In this document: positions 62,416-64,000 of the stretch, piece by piece
Numbering within the stretch: the stretch's first letter is position 1
Layout of the letters: each line of letters starts with the position of its first letter
Source of the DNA: Anaeramoeba ignava BMAN
Lineage: Eukaryota > Protista > Anaeramoebae
Assembly (NCBI GenBank): GCA_028826165.1
Contig: JAPDFW010000113.1
Span: forward strand, 120,062 to 184,061
Length of the DNA: 64,000 nt
Direction of reading: 5' to 3'
Position numbers and translations under genes: made by a program
The notes under the pieces: model-generated
Database searches by the model: none
Told to the model about the DNA's origin: nothing
Seen by the model: only the letters and a program-made list of their open reading frames with translations

Positions 62416-64000
62416 AGAAATTTAATTAAAAAGAAAAAAAAAGGAATTATCTCTTTCTCCTTTAAATATTAATTATTTTTCTTTTCAATAATTGATTTTT
62501 TTTATTCAAATTAAAATGATTGTTTTTATTTTTATTTTTATTTTTATTTTTATTTTTATTGAAATTATTTAATTTCACAAATATAAGTGAAATAATTTTT
62601 TATATTATTGATTTGAGTATTTAAGCTTATATATATTAATATTATTATTATTATAAAATTCTTTTTTTTTCTTTGTTTCTATTTTTATTTTTGTTTTTAT
62701 TATTTTTAAAACATTTTATAAAGCAAGAAATATTTATTGAAATTTTTTTTTTTTTCTTTTCTTTCTAATTATTTATCTTTCTCACTTTTAATCATTTTAT
62801 ATTTACTATTTTTATTCAATAATTTCTCATTTATTCAATTCATAATCATATTTTTTTTTGGATTTCTTAATAAATAATTTATTTATTTTAGAGAATTTAA
62901 GAATTGGATTTTATTTTTATTATTTTTTTTGTTTTAATTTTAAATATCTTAAATAAAAATAAAAAATATTTTAAATTTATCTTCTCTTTCTTTTTTTGTT
63001 TTTAATATTCAATTTAAATATTTTTTTTCTTTCAATTTTGATTTAATAATTATAATTATTTTATTTTATTTTCAAAGTATAAGATTATGATTAAAAATGA
63101 AATAATTTTCAATCCAAATTTTTTTGTTTTTGTTTTTGTTTTGTAAATTATCTTGAGGAATAAAATAAATTATTTAGAAAATCTATATGTATAAATAAAT
63201 AAAAAATGAAAATAAATAAATAAATAAAAAGTAAGGAAATAGAAAGAAGATAAATATAAAAACAAAAATTATTGATATCTAAATTTAATTCATTTCATTA
63301 TTTAGTTTATAAAAAAAATAATTAAATAATATATGTGAATTATGATAATTACAAATTGTTAATCAATTTTAATTTATATTACAATTTATTAAATTAAAAA
63401 AAATTTAAAAGAATAAAATTTTATTAAATTTAGATTATCTTATAATATTTACAGATTTTTGGTTTTTGATTTTTAATAATCTAGAAATAATATTTTAATA
63501 TTATCAAAAATAAAAATAAAAATAAAAATAATATTTGGTTTTTTCTTTATTTTCTTAATATTTCTTTGATTATAATTGAGTAAATATGAAACGAAACAAA
63601 AATAAATATAATTAAAAACAAAAAAAAATATGTGAATTATATAAGAAAGAAGTTTTAAAAGGAGAAATAAAATAATTTTAATATCTTATTTTATTTCTAA
63701 AATTTCGATAATATCAAAATTATTAAATTGAAGAAGAATTTTATTTCAAAAAAATAATATAAATAAATATTGGATTTAATGTAACATTTTTATTTTTATT
63801 ATTATTATTTTGTAATAATTAATATAAAAGAAATATTTATTGTTTTGAGTTTATATTTGAATAAAAAAATAATTAATTTTTATTCACATTAACACAAATA
63901 TTTAATTAAAATTTATATTATAAAATTAAATTAAATAAAAATAAAAATAAAATATTATTCAAATTAAGAATTTATTCAATATTATTAAGAATAAAATTTT

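Overview
Extremely AT-rich eukaryotic genomic DNA with the standard genetic code and GT-AG spliceosomal introns. Most introns are 53-125 nt; a few are swollen to 0.3-3.1 kb by simple repeats. The gene style (ankyrin-BTB paralogues, OsmC, an ML-starting presequence, TCATTT initiator-like motifs) suggests an anaerobic metamonad-type protist such as Anaeramoeba, but this is inference only. Positions 1-47 kb are gene-dense: the last exon of a coiled-coil protein, a 144-bp satellite with two H/ACA-snoRNA-like double hairpins, villin, an ankyrin-BTB gene, MLH1, WDR55/JIP5, CBF5/dyskerin, alanine aminotransferase, an intronless ankyrin-BTB gene, two tandem class IV sirtuins, topoisomerase IB and a double-OsmC protein. 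Positions 47-64 kb are gene-poor: a broken non-LTR retrotransposon, a pogo/Fot1-like DD35D transposase fused to a Ulp1-like protease, and an orphan ankyrin exon. The main discovery is the ankyrin-BTB gene at 14872-19411, which the ORF track mostly misses. It has 23 exons. Each ankyrin repeat sits on its own 93-96-nt phase-0 exon, and each repeat exon is followed by exactly two single-codon (3-nt) microexons, 14 in total. These encode the two variable beta-hairpin-tip residues of the ankyrin binding surface. The layout could allow codon-level combinatorial diversification of a putative Cullin3 substrate adaptor.
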